A stretch of 64,000 bases of DNA, from positions 15,707-79,706 of the forward strand of contig DUZG01000003.1 in assembly GCA_013349585.1 (NCBI GenBank). Reading direction: 5' to 3'. Source of the DNA: Nitrospinota bacterium. GTDB taxonomy: Bacteria; Nitrospinota; Nitrospinia; Nitrospinales; VA-1. A program made the translations under genes and the position numbers. Shown one piece after another: positions 49,707 through 59,123 of this stretch. Below the pieces are notes generated by a model. It was not told where the DNA came from. It saw only the letters and a program-made list of their open reading frames with translations, and did not search any database. How positions within the stretch are numbered: the first letter of the stretch is position 1; each line of letters starts with the position of its first letter.

Positions 49707-50017
49707 AAGCGGAACATTAGCTTATATATTGCCTAACAAACTGTTATGTAAAGGCTAATAAGCGATCAAAGCATAAATAACCCAAGATGCTCAATTCCTC
49801 CGCGCTTATCTGTTTCCGCGATATTTGCCTCTTCACATCTTTCGTACCCCAAATAGGGGTGCATCCTTAGCGATACTTACTATAAGGATTTCAGGAAATA
49901 ACTGGCGTCAATTTATACTACGGTTTGGGTGGGTGTGATTCCACATCTGCTTTCTTGAGGGAGATGGGTTTTTGACTTTTTTTGTGTTTAGTGCTGTCTT
50001 GTAAATAGCTGTTTTAT

Positions 50018-50045
50018 TTGACAATTTATCTTATCTGGATATAAT
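50018..50045 (+). promoter_or_regulatory. Consensus sigma70 promoter
   Basis: TTGACA-16 nt-TATAAT, ending 11 bp before ATG 50057. Confidence 0.75.
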
Positions 50046-50056
50046 ATTCCCTGACT

Positions 50057-51106
50057 ATGAAGATAAAACTTGAATCAGACAGCTTCAGTATTATCGGCGA
50101 AAGCCAGCCTATCCGTGAAGTTTTTGACGTTGTAGAGCGTGCTGCAGTATCACAGAGCACGGTAATGATCTATGGCGAAAGCGGTACCGGAAAAGAACTC
50201 ATCGCCCGCGCTTTACATTTGAACAGTCCGCGTGCTACTAAACCTTTCATCGCTGTCAATTGCGGTGCCATTCCCCATGAGCTTTTAGAGAGTGAGTTGT
50301 TTGGCTATGAAAAGGGCGCGTTTACGGGTGCGGTTAACACCCGGATCGGACGTATGGAGTTGGCTAATCATGGGACTATCTTCCTCGATGAAATCGGCGA
50401 TATGCCCACAGCTTTGCAGGTAAAACTGTTGCGGGTTCTTGCTGAAAGAGAGATTGACCGTCTGGGGAGTAGCAAGCCGACACCAATTGATATACGAGTC
50501 ATCACCGCTACGCATCGAAACCTGGAAGATTTGATCAAAGAGGGTAATTTTCGTGAAGACCTTTTTTATCGGCTAAATATTATTCCTATTGACCTTCCTC
50601 CTTTGCGTGAGAGAAAATCCGATATCCCTCTCTTAGCGAATCACTTTTTAAAGCAATTGAATGGATCCGCAGTTGGAAAAAACATCAGCGATGAGACGAT
50701 GGGATATTTGGTTAACTATTCTTGGCCGGGCAACATACGGGAATTGGCAAACTTTGTAGAACGCATGTTGGTGCTGAGCATTGGTGCTACTATCACGCCG
50801 CGTGACCTGCCGGATAAAGTTCTTGGCGAAGCTCCAAAAAATAAATGGAAGCCATTGAACGTAGAAGAGGAAGGCAACCCTGCGCAGATGTTGCAGCAGT
50901 CTTTAAAGCAGTCTTTTCATGTTGGTATTCCGGAAGAAGGTATCAACCTTAAAAAAACGGTTGAAGGTTTCGAAAAAGAATTGTTACTAGAAGCGCTGGA
51001 AAAAACCGGTTGGGTTAAAAACAAAGCCGCAAATTTACTCGGACTCAACCGGACCACCCTCGTAGAAAAACTCAAAAAAATGCAAATTACCAACCCTATA
51101 GGATAA
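50057..51106 (+). CDS. Sigma54 enhancer-binding protein, FleQ/FlrA-like, without N-terminal regulatory domain
   Basis: Begins directly at the AAA+ domain (GESGTGKE, GAFTGA, REDLFYRL, WPGNIREL); HTH NRTTLVEKL resembles FleQ/FlrA. Confidence 0.88.
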   Translation: MKIKLESDSFSIIGESQPIREVFDVVERAAVSQSTVMIYGESGTGKELIARALHLNSPRATKPFIAVNCGAIPHELLESELFGYEKGAFTGAVNTRIGRMELANHGTIFLDEIGDMPTALQVKLLRVLAEREIDRLGSSKPTPIDIRVITATHRNLEDLIKEGNFREDLFYRLNIIPIDLPPLRERKSDIPLLANHFLKQLNGSAVGKNISDETMGYLVNYSWPGNIRELANFVERMLVLSIGATITPRDLPDKVLGEAPKNKWKPLNVEEEGNPAQMLQQSLKQSFHVGIPEEGINLKKTVEGFEKELLLEALEKTGWVKNKAANLLGLNRTTLVEKLKKMQITNPIG

Positions 51107-51267
51107 ACTCCTAACGATGAGCCGCTTTGGATAACAGGTCGCCATCCTGTTTGAATTTATTTATCCGTGCAGGTTCAATCAACAGATAATACAAACTATT
51201 CTGTCCCCCTTTTTTTGATGAGAAGGTAATGTGAGGAACGAGGGCTGTATCCTTTCGCCTGTTTGCC

Positions 51268-52843
51268 CTACTTATAAGTGGTCTCCCTATCGAGGAAAAT
51301 ATCGACCACTCCAGATGTTTCATATTCATTTTTCAAATAATTCTGAGCCCAAGTCATTAATTGAGGCGGAGAGTGCGGTCCAGGTAAACAAGACCAGGGA
51401 ACAATTACTAGCACGATGAATTTGGGTTGAACTCTTTCAATTTTTCGAATCATCTCATTTTGCATGGGAAGGGCATAACTATGTTTTTCCATTAATGGAC
51501 TCATATAAAGATGCCGTGTTGCAGATTTTCTTTTTGAATGAAAATAGATTTGCGGTTCCGACCCCAAAATTGCGATTTTGCCCTCTTTTTTAGAATGATC
51601 ACGAATGTATTTTTCCACCTCAAGGGACTCTGAAAATGGATTGGTATTGTAAGTCAAACGGGTGGCTTTAGAGATTGAAAGGTTAAAGAAGAAATCCTTC
51701 TGGATCCATATAGGGCAGCCCAAAACTAAAATCAGGATTCCCAAAGGGATTACCTTCATAATCCCATCAGAGAACCTGCCGGTCAGGGTTTCAAAACCTG
51801 CGCCAGCCAAAAGCGAAATAGCAGGCATCCACAATATAAAATAATGTGGCCTGAAATAAAGACCAGGAGTAATTGCTAAAAATGAAAATACTAAGAATGC
51901 CAATAAGAAAATAAACTCCTGCCTTACATTTTTTCTCTAGGCTGCCGAAGCCAAACCTAAAAAGGATAAAAGTAAAATAAAAAAATTGGACTCTACAATT
52001 GGTGTAAAACTATATTGAAGGTACGCCAAGCCTGCGCTGAGAGGAACTATGGAAACATATTCAGAAGTGTATTGAAATGTGCAAAACCAAAATCAGAAAA
52101 ACTTCCCATAGCCACATATAGAAGTGCCGTAATAATTATCGGTGCCAAGCCTCCTATCGCAAACAGCACTAAAGTATTTAATGGTTTTTTTTAAGGTTGT
52201 GATGTGCTGAAATACCGGGAGGCCAAATATATGGCTCCGAACAAGCAAAAAAGATGGCATGCTGCTTGATCAAAATAGATTAGCCCAGCAGGAGCCCACT
52301 AAAAAAAATCGTGCAGGTTGGTCGTCTTGAGCAATTCGAAGTAATAAATTCCCCCCCCCCATAGCAGGAAGCAGGACAAAGTCCTCCAAATTGGGCCAAA
52401 TACCATGTAGGGAGGTACTCAAGGTTAGAACAGAAAAACAGATCGCGGCTATAATGCCTGCGGAAAAATCCAATAAATTCTTGTCCAATAAAAATAAGAG
52501 AAACGCTGTAGCAAGGTTTAAAAATAGTAAAGATAAATGAATTGCTCCATGGCTTTCACCAAAGAATGACAAAATCCCCGGAAATTCCATGCTTAGAGAC
52601 TCGGTGTAAGGCAGAACTCCCTGAAGCAACTGCTGAGCCATATACGCATATTCCCCTTCACCCCGTTCTAGAGGGGCTCCCAAAAGTCAAATTTGGACCC
52701 ATAAAACAACACCTAGAGAAATTACGGATATTCCTGGAAGTAGGAAGCTTTGATAAATTTTTTGAGGCTGTATATATTTCATTAAAATCGTTAATTGTAC
52801 TATTAACTTCAAGCTGGTCTAGGGTGATAAATATTTTTGTCAA
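51268..52843 (-). pseudogene. ArnT/PMT-like (GT39) membrane glycosyltransferase, fragmented
   Basis: PLERGEGEYAY..QLLQG.LPY, TM helices, F.PHYF, LGSEPQIYF.SKRKSAT, split over several frames by frameshifts and stops. Confidence 0.75.
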
Positions 52844-52931
52844 AACACTACGTATTTTAAAAACAAACGTTGTGAGTCAGTTGCTATTACCTACGATATA
52901 TTCTATCAAAGAACCACCATTAGTCGCATCT

Positions 52932-53322
52932 TCACTCAAAAGAATGCCTAGCACGTCGTAGCTGTAAGAGGTGGTTTGAACCGTTTGTCTTGGTTAATAA
53001 TTCTCCGTTCGCAGTGTAGGTGTGAATGTTTGTGCCCAGGCTCGTGAGCCTGTCATGATCATCGTAAATTGCGCCATTGTTGGTCCTGTCTCCATTTGAG
53101 TCGTAGGTGGCATTAACAGTGTGTCGGTTGACTTCAATCAAGCAACCCGATAGATAATCGAAGATATGGGTGACCCCTTGGAGGGTTTATACTTTTTGTG
53201 TGATGCGCCCGAGTTTGTCGCGGGTGTAGGTCGTGGTGATGGTTTTGCTGTTATCGAGATTGAGTCGAGTGGTGTTGACAAGGCTATTTAGATCGGTGAC
53301 TGTTTTCAGGTTGCTGCCAGCC
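52932..53322 (-). pseudogene. RHS/YD-repeat gene fragment
   Basis: YTRDKLGRITQKV*..YDSNGDRT..YDDHDRL..YTANGELLTKT..(frameshift) YSYDVLG. Confidence 0.7.
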
Positions 53323-53514
53323 TAAAACATCAAATTTTTAAGTAAGAAGCCTTGATTTCCCCTAGTTAATTGATGGAGGTGAAAATTTGGCTTTGTCTTA
53401 ATGCTGGTGGCGGCGCGACCCCTATATGGGGATGCAATGAAAATGGACGAGAGTAAAAGGCTGTTGGCAGATATTGTTTTGAAGCGTTATGTTTTTTTAG
53501 CGGCTGTGCGCCGC

Positions 53515-53718
53515 TTATCCTTCTATACGAGCGTTAGCGAGTTCTTGACCTACTTTAGTGAGATCTTTTACGAATTTCTGGAAAGCCTGATCGGTATCTT
53601 TATGTTGGGTTTGCTGGCGGATACTTTCTCCATCTGCATCAATAATAAGATCGAGAACATTGATTCCCGGAGTCACATGATGTTTTCTGATTTCTACTCT
53701 GATTTCATTGATTTCCAT
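53515..53718 (-). CDS. Small hypothetical protein (67 aa)
   Basis: RBS ggaga and ATG 53718, MEINEIRVEIRKHH..ARIEG; amphipathic beta/alpha pattern. Confidence 0.6.
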   Translation of the reverse strand: MEINEIRVEIRKHHVTPGINVLDLIIDADGESIRQQTQHKDTDQAFQKFVKDLTKVGQELANARIEG

Positions 53719-53930
53719 GGATCTTTCTCCGAACAAAACAGTTATTGACGACAAGCAAAGTGAGTCTACTTGTACTAGAAAAAATTTAGGAAATAAATTA
53801 ATAGCATTTCGAGGGAATGGGGTCAAGACCCTTTATAGTTCTATGAAGGTACAAAATTAATTAAAGAGATTTTAAATGCGCTCAAAGAGCCTCGATAACT
53901 TATAAAATCAATGCAGTATTGATTCGATCG

Positions 53931-54655
53931 CTAGACTGAGAAATCGAGAATGCGTGCTCGGGATTGTTCGTTCTGAATTTGAGACGCCAGGGCGCAGATG
54001 GATGTTTCGAATCTCAATAAGCCTTGTTGCAGGCGGGGCACTTCTTCAACGAGATCGGTGTCGGCCAGACCAGGTTCTGCTTGGATCAGGTTCTCGATTT
54101 GCGAATTCAATCCATTAGCGGCACTTGCCAATCGGTTTCCAACTGCACCGACTTGGCCCCGGGCAGAGTTTAGCGTTTGCGCAGCTCTTTCGAAGTCATC
54201 TATCGCTTGCAAGGCGCCTTGCAAGCGATAAATGTTTGCGTTACCCATCCCCAAGGATTCGTTTGTAACACTCTCTACGACATTGAGGTTGATCTGGTTT
54301 GACGCTCCTGATCCAGAACCTGCTTGAATGTTTACCGGATCGGCGCTTGGAGCAAGGGAGCCGTCTAAAAGTGTTTGCCTATTTAACTCCAGGGAGCCGG
54401 TCAATCGATCTATTTCGCTTTGAATTTGTGTGGACTCCTGATTTAAAGCCTGCCTTTGTGAATCGTTCAAAGTTCCATTGCTAGATTGAATTGAAAGCTC
54501 TCTTCAACGGCTAACCAGATTGGAAACTCCGGCAAGCCCGCCATCAGCTGTACGCGTAAAATTCGCTCCAGTGAATTTTGCAGGCTAGATCGGTTCCGAT
54601 TTATCGTGTTTAGTAACTGGCTGAATGTTCCACCACCTATGGGATCGACCATTAT
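53931..54655 (-). pseudogene. Flagellin (FliC-like) pseudogene
   Basis: N-terminal ..SSLQNSLERI is joined out of frame to RTADGGLAGVSNLVSR*RELSIQSSNGTL..R..LNQE..EIDR. C-terminal RGQVGAVGNRL..ENL..AE..LADTD. Confidence 0.85.
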
Positions 54656-54934
54656 CTTCGTCCAAATAGAAATGTTATTGATACCCATTCTACTGACCTT
54701 AGAGCTAAAAGGTCAACCGGCATAAGTTCAAATTAGCGAAAGCCTTTAGAATAACGCTTAACTTTCTGACTAATTCTTGGTTTTGTTAGGGGGGGATTTA
54801 AATTATTTTGTAAGAATTTAGAAGAAATGACGACTATTGGATAGCTAGAAAAAATGTTTATCGGCCCATCCATATTTATAACGAGGTAGAATTAATGCCA
54901 GGGGCAAATATAAAATTAAGCAATAAGGGGAAGT

Positions 54935-57079
54935 ATGAAAAATTTGAAACAAATAATAATAATTTTTGTTATTGCCAGTGTTCTGGGAGCTTTTTTCTAT
55001 TTAGATCTCGGCCAATACCCGTCCCTTGAATATATTAAAGAGCAACAAGCTAATTTCTTAGAATTTTATAAAGAAAATGCTTTGTTGACAATTGGTGCTT
55101 TTACCGCAATTTATATTGTGTCTACTGCTCTTTCTCTGCCAGGGGCGGTACTCCTTACCTTGCTGAGCGGTGCTTTGTTTGGGTTGCTTATTGGAACGAT
55201 TCTGGTTTCTTTTGCCAGCAGTATCGGCGCGACGCTTGCCTTTCTTGTTTCGCGCTTATTGTTGCGCGACTGGGTTCAGGATAAATTTGGTAGTTATCTA
55301 AAGTCATTCAATGACGGGGTGCAAAAAGATGGAGGTTTTTACCTTTTCACACTCCGGCTAATTCCTGCTGTTCCCTTTTTCGTTATAAATTTGGTGATGG
55401 GTTTAACTCCCATGAAGGCGATAACTTTTTACGGGGTGAGTCAGTTAGGCATGTTGGCAGGGACTATTGTTTTTGTAAATGCCGGAACGAAATTGGCTCA
55501 ATTAGATTCTCTAAGTGGCATTCTCTCCCCGGAAATTATTTTTTCATTTGTTCTGTTAGGGGTTTTCCCTTTTCTGGCCAGAAAGCTTTTGGGCTTCTAT
55601 AAAGGAAGAAGGGTTATGAGTAAATTTAAAAAACCAAAATCATTCGATTACAACATGGTGGTAATTGGCGGAGGGTCGGCTGGATTGGTTACAAGCTATA
55701 TAGGTGCCGCGACCAAAGGGAAAGTTGCGCTTATAGAGAAATATAAAATGGGAGGAGACTGTCTTAATACGGGATGTGTTCCCAGTAAAGCCTTGATCCG
55801 TTCAGCTAAATTTATGGCTGATGTTAAAAAATGTCAGAAGCTGGGTTTTAAAAGTGTGCATGTTGATTTTGATTTTGCGGATGTGATGGAACGAGTCCAG
55901 CGGGTTATCAGAACGGTAGAGCCGCATGATTCTATAGAACGGTATACTTCTTTGGGTGTTGAATGTCATACCGGGGAAGCAAAAATAATCTCACCTTATG
56001 AGGTATCTGTGAATGGGAAAGTTTTAACGACCCGAAATATTGTTGTTGGCACCGGAGCGCGTCCATCCATTCCTCCTATTGATGGAATCGGAAATGTTGA
56101 ATACCTGACCTCCGACACCATTTGGAATATCCGTGAACAACCCAAAAACCTACTGGTACTGGGTGGAGGACCCATCGGTTCTGAACTGACGCAGGCCTTT
56201 GCCCGACTGGGGAGTAACGTAATCCAGGTTCAACGCAACAAACGACTGATTCCCAAAGAAGATCCGGAAGTATCACAAATGGTTTTGGAGAGTTTTCAAA
56301 ACGATGGCATCAATGTGTTGGTAGAGCATACACCTAAAAGATTCTTTAAGCGCGACGGAAAAGATTTTATGGAGTGTGAGAATAATGGAAACTCTGTTGA
56401 AGTCGAGTTCGATACCCTGTTGATTGCATTGGGCAGAAAAGCCAATACAACCGGATTCGGATTGGAAGAGCTGGGAGTCGAATTAACCCCACAGAAAACG
56501 ATTAAGGTAGACGAGTATATGAAAACCAATATCCCAAATATTTATGCTTGTGGCGATGTTGCGGGACCCTATCAATTTACTCATACCGCTGCTCATCAGG
56601 CCTGGTACTGTGCGGTCAATTCCATGCTAAATCCTTTTTATGGATTCAAAATCGATTACAGCATCGTACCTTGGTCGACTTTTACAGACCCTGAAGTGGC
56701 GCGTTCGGGTTTGAACGAAATAGAGGCTAAAGAGCAGGGGGTTCCCTATGATGTAACTACTTATGGAATTAATGATCTGGACCGGGCCATTGCCGATGAG
56801 GCTGCTCATGGGATGGTTAAAGTTTTGACGGTACCAGGAAAAGATAAAATTATTGGAGTGACCATTGCGGGGCTTCACGCGGGTGATATCATTTCAGAAT
56901 ATGTTGCGGCGATGAAAAACGGTTTTGGCATGAATGCAATACTGGGAACTATTCATATCTATCCCACGCTCGCCGAAGCAAATAAATATGCAGCAGGAAA
57001 TTGGAAGAAAAATAATGTTACCGAAGAAGCTCTAGCCTGGGGTGAGAGAATCAATCGGTGGAGAAGAATCTATGTTTAA
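54935..57079 (+). CDS. DedA/TVP38 membrane domain fused to a pyridine nucleotide-disulphide oxidoreductase (LpdA/MerA-like)
   Basis: SLPG..GALFG..LRLIP.VPF DedA domain; GGGSAG, GGDCLNTGCVPSK, GGGPIG, GDV, HIYPTLAE; no C-terminal Cys-Cys. Confidence 0.93.
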   Translation: MKNLKQIIIIFVIASVLGAFFYLDLGQYPSLEYIKEQQANFLEFYKENALLTIGAFTAIYIVSTALSLPGAVLLTLLSGALFGLLIGTILVSFASSIGATLAFLVSRLLLRDWVQDKFGSYLKSFNDGVQKDGGFYLFTLRLIPAVPFFVINLVMGLTPMKAITFYGVSQLGMLAGTIVFVNAGTKLAQLDSLSGILSPEIIFSFVLLGVFPFLARKLLGFYKGRRVMSKFKKPKSFDYNMVVIGGGSAGLVTSYIGAATKGKVALIEKYKMGGDCLNTGCVPSKALIRSAKFMADVKKCQKLGFKSVHVDFDFADVMERVQRVIRTVEPHDSIERYTSLGVECHTGEAKIISPYEVSVNGKVLTTRNIVVGTGARPSIPPIDGIGNVEYLTSDTIWNIREQPKNLLVLGGGPIGSELTQAFARLGSNVIQVQRNKRLIPKEDPEVSQMVLESFQNDGINVLVEHTPKRFFKRDGKDFMECENNGNSVEVEFDTLLIALGRKANTTGFGLEELGVELTPQKTIKVDEYMKTNIPNIYACGDVAGPYQFTHTAAHQAWYCAVNSMLNPFYGFKIDYSIVPWSTFTDPEVARSGLNEIEAKEQGVPYDVTTYGINDLDRAIADEAAHGMVKVLTVPGKDKIIGVTIAGLHAGDIISEYVAAMKNGFGMNAILGTIHIYPTLAEANKYAAGNWKKNNVTEEALAWGERINRWRRIYV

Positions 57080-57929
57080 AAGTCTGGTTTCTTTCATTAC
57101 CTTTTCTGCTTGTTTTTTTTTCTTGGTACCTGCTGGTTCAGAAGAGACAAAGGGAAAACTGGGGGTAAGTGCGAAAATAAATAATGCAGCATCTTCGTCC
57201 AAAAAAAATCCGGAGGGTATGATTTTTATTCCCGGCGGAGAATTCATTAGAGGGACAGCCTCAAAAAAAGCACAAGATGTTTGCCTTAAGAATAATGATC
57301 ACTGTAAGGAAAAATGGTTTAAGGATGAAGAGCCCCATCACCCCGTCAAACTAAACAACTACTACATTGACATCTATGAAGTAACTCAAAAAGGTTACCA
57401 ATTTGTTATGACCAAGAACCCTTCTGAATTTAAAGGTTCTAACTTGCCGGTGGAAAGAGTTACTTGGTATGAGGCGGTGGAATATTGTGAAAAAGTTGGC
57501 AAGCGACTTCCCACTGAGGCTGAATGGGAATGGGCGGCAAAGGGGGGCAAGCAATCGACCTTTGCATGGGGTAATGAAGCTGAATCCAATCGAGCCAATT
57601 TTTGTGATCGTAGTTGTGATAAACGTTGGAAAGAAAAGCAATTTGAGGATGGTTACAGTCATACCGCTCCGGTAGGCAGTTTCCCGGCAAACAATTTTGG
57701 TTTGTATGATATGGCGGGTAACGTATATGAATGGGTTATGGACTGGTATGATGAGGACTATTACGAGAAAAAACCACATGACAATCCCAAAGGCCCAGAA
57801 AAAGGCAATCGTAAAGTGATCCGCGGTGGTTCCTGGATAAACTATTCTGTCGGGGTTCGACCCTCTGATAGAACAGATGCGAAACCGACAAAAAAAATTA
57901 ATTTTGTCGGTTTCCGCTGTGCTCTATAA
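57072..57929 (+). CDS. FGE-sulfatase (SUMF1/EgtB/PvdO) domain exported protein
   Basis: Signal peptide, RLPTEAEWE.AA.GG, N.FGLYDMAGNV.EW, RGGSW, GFRC. Confidence 0.92.
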   Translation: MFKSLVSFITFSACFFFLVPAGSEETKGKLGVSAKINNAASSSKKNPEGMIFIPGGEFIRGTASKKAQDVCLKNNDHCKEKWFKDEEPHHPVKLNNYYIDIYEVTQKGYQFVMTKNPSEFKGSNLPVERVTWYEAVEYCEKVGKRLPTEAEWEWAAKGGKQSTFAWGNEAESNRANFCDRSCDKRWKEKQFEDGYSHTAPVGSFPANNFGLYDMAGNVYEWVMDWYDEDYYEKKPHDNPKGPEKGNRKVIRGGSWINYSVGVRPSDRTDAKPTKKINFVGFRCAL

Positions 57930-58116
57930 AGCATTTCCTCGCTGGTTTTCCGGCTAAGCGGCTTTCTTCTGCAGAGACAAAAAATATTTCTAGAAGTTTC
58001 AGGATTCCTGACGGTCATAAAAAGCACAGACCTATTGCTTCCCACTGTTAAGGGGTTGCAAAGGGGGGTGGGGGAGTTTAAAATTACGGAGATTTTAAAC
58101 TTAAGGAAAAAGCCAG

Positions 58117-58716
58117 ATGAAGGTGTCCATCAATGGAGTTGAGCAAGTAGAATCCGATTTTAAAGGCGATACATTAGGAGCTATCCTTGACTCTATGGTA
58201 AAAAAAAACCTTGGCTCCTATATAAGGCGAATGTGGCTGGATGATAAAGAATCCTCTTCCGATGACCAGGAAGCCCTGAAAAAAAAACCTTCCGATATTG
58301 ATTCTCTTGAAGTCGAACTGGCTAATTTGAAAGATCTGGTAGCCACCAATCTCGCAAATGCCCTCAATTATCTAAAAAAGCTCATCCCGGGCTTTGAGCA
58401 GGCTGCAGATTTATTTCGTGCTGGAAATGAACAGGAAGCCAATAAATATTACCTGCAAATTCTGGATGGTATCGACTGGTTCTCCCAAGTCGTTAGCATA
58501 ATAATGAATCCGGACGAAGGTGAAATGGAGCTACCCGACGCTGATGATGAAAATTTACAGGCGCGGCAGAAAAAGCTAACCGACTTGATGAGCCAGATGC
58601 TGGAAGCTAACCAGAATCAAGACTGGGTGCTTCTGGCAGATCTCCTAGAATATGAAATGGTACCTTTTTATAAGGACTGGGAAAATATTCTCACCAAATT
58701 AGAAAACCCGCATTAA
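58117..58716 (+). CDS. Hypothetical flagella-locus protein (DWVLLADLLEYE motif)
   Basis: RBS aagga. I recall this C-terminal motif from proteins in flagellin/Maf loci; not checked. Confidence 0.7.
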   Translation: MKVSINGVEQVESDFKGDTLGAILDSMVKKNLGSYIRRMWLDDKESSSDDQEALKKKPSDIDSLEVELANLKDLVATNLANALNYLKKLIPGFEQAADLFRAGNEQEANKYYLQILDGIDWFSQVVSIIMNPDEGEMELPDADDENLQARQKKLTDLMSQMLEANQNQDWVLLADLLEYEMVPFYKDWENILTKLENPH

Positions 58717-58849
58717 TTTATTCCTCCGAGCCTTTTTTATTTTATTCAAGCAACTATCTGAAAAATAAAGTTTTATTTTTTTTTGAGTGGAATCTTATAG
58801 ACGATAGTCAGTGAATATAGCTAATTTAAAAAAAGTCCTAAATTAGAGC

Positions 58850-58876
58850 TAAAGTTTGGTTGCTTTTTGCCGATAA
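58850..58876 (+). promoter_or_regulatory. Sigma28 (FliA) promoter
   Basis: TAAA-15 nt-GCCGATAA, exact consensus and spacing. Confidence 0.85.
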
Positions 58877-59123
58877 GAAAAGAGTAGGATATTAAGCCTC
58901 TCTGGGGTAAAGGTAATTGTTGGGAGGAGGGTTTTACAGGCTTTATTTTTTTAGAAGTGTTTTTTAGCAAAAGGATACTTGCAGCCTGATTATCTTATCG
59001 GACAAAGTTGCTAAAGCTTTACCAAGCAATTGATTTTTTATCGATAAGAGTTTCAGATATCAGGAAGCAACCCCAGGGGCCGAGTACCAAAACCGAAATA
59101 ATACCGATTAGTAGGGGGATGCT

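Noticed and set aside
4939-54655. Stop-codon reassignment or programmed read-through to explain the in-frame stops
   Set aside because: All three stop codons occur internally and all three also end normal genes. Several affected loci also have frameshifts and deletions, and core genes have no internal stops.
54935-57079. Mercuric reductase merA
   Set aside because: No C-terminal Cys-Cys pair or NmerA domain and no mer operon; it fits the widespread DedA-fused oxidoreductase.
59012-59110. Additional sigma28 promoters (ATCGATAA, ACCGATTA)
   Set aside because: No TAAA -35 element at the correct 15-nt spacing.
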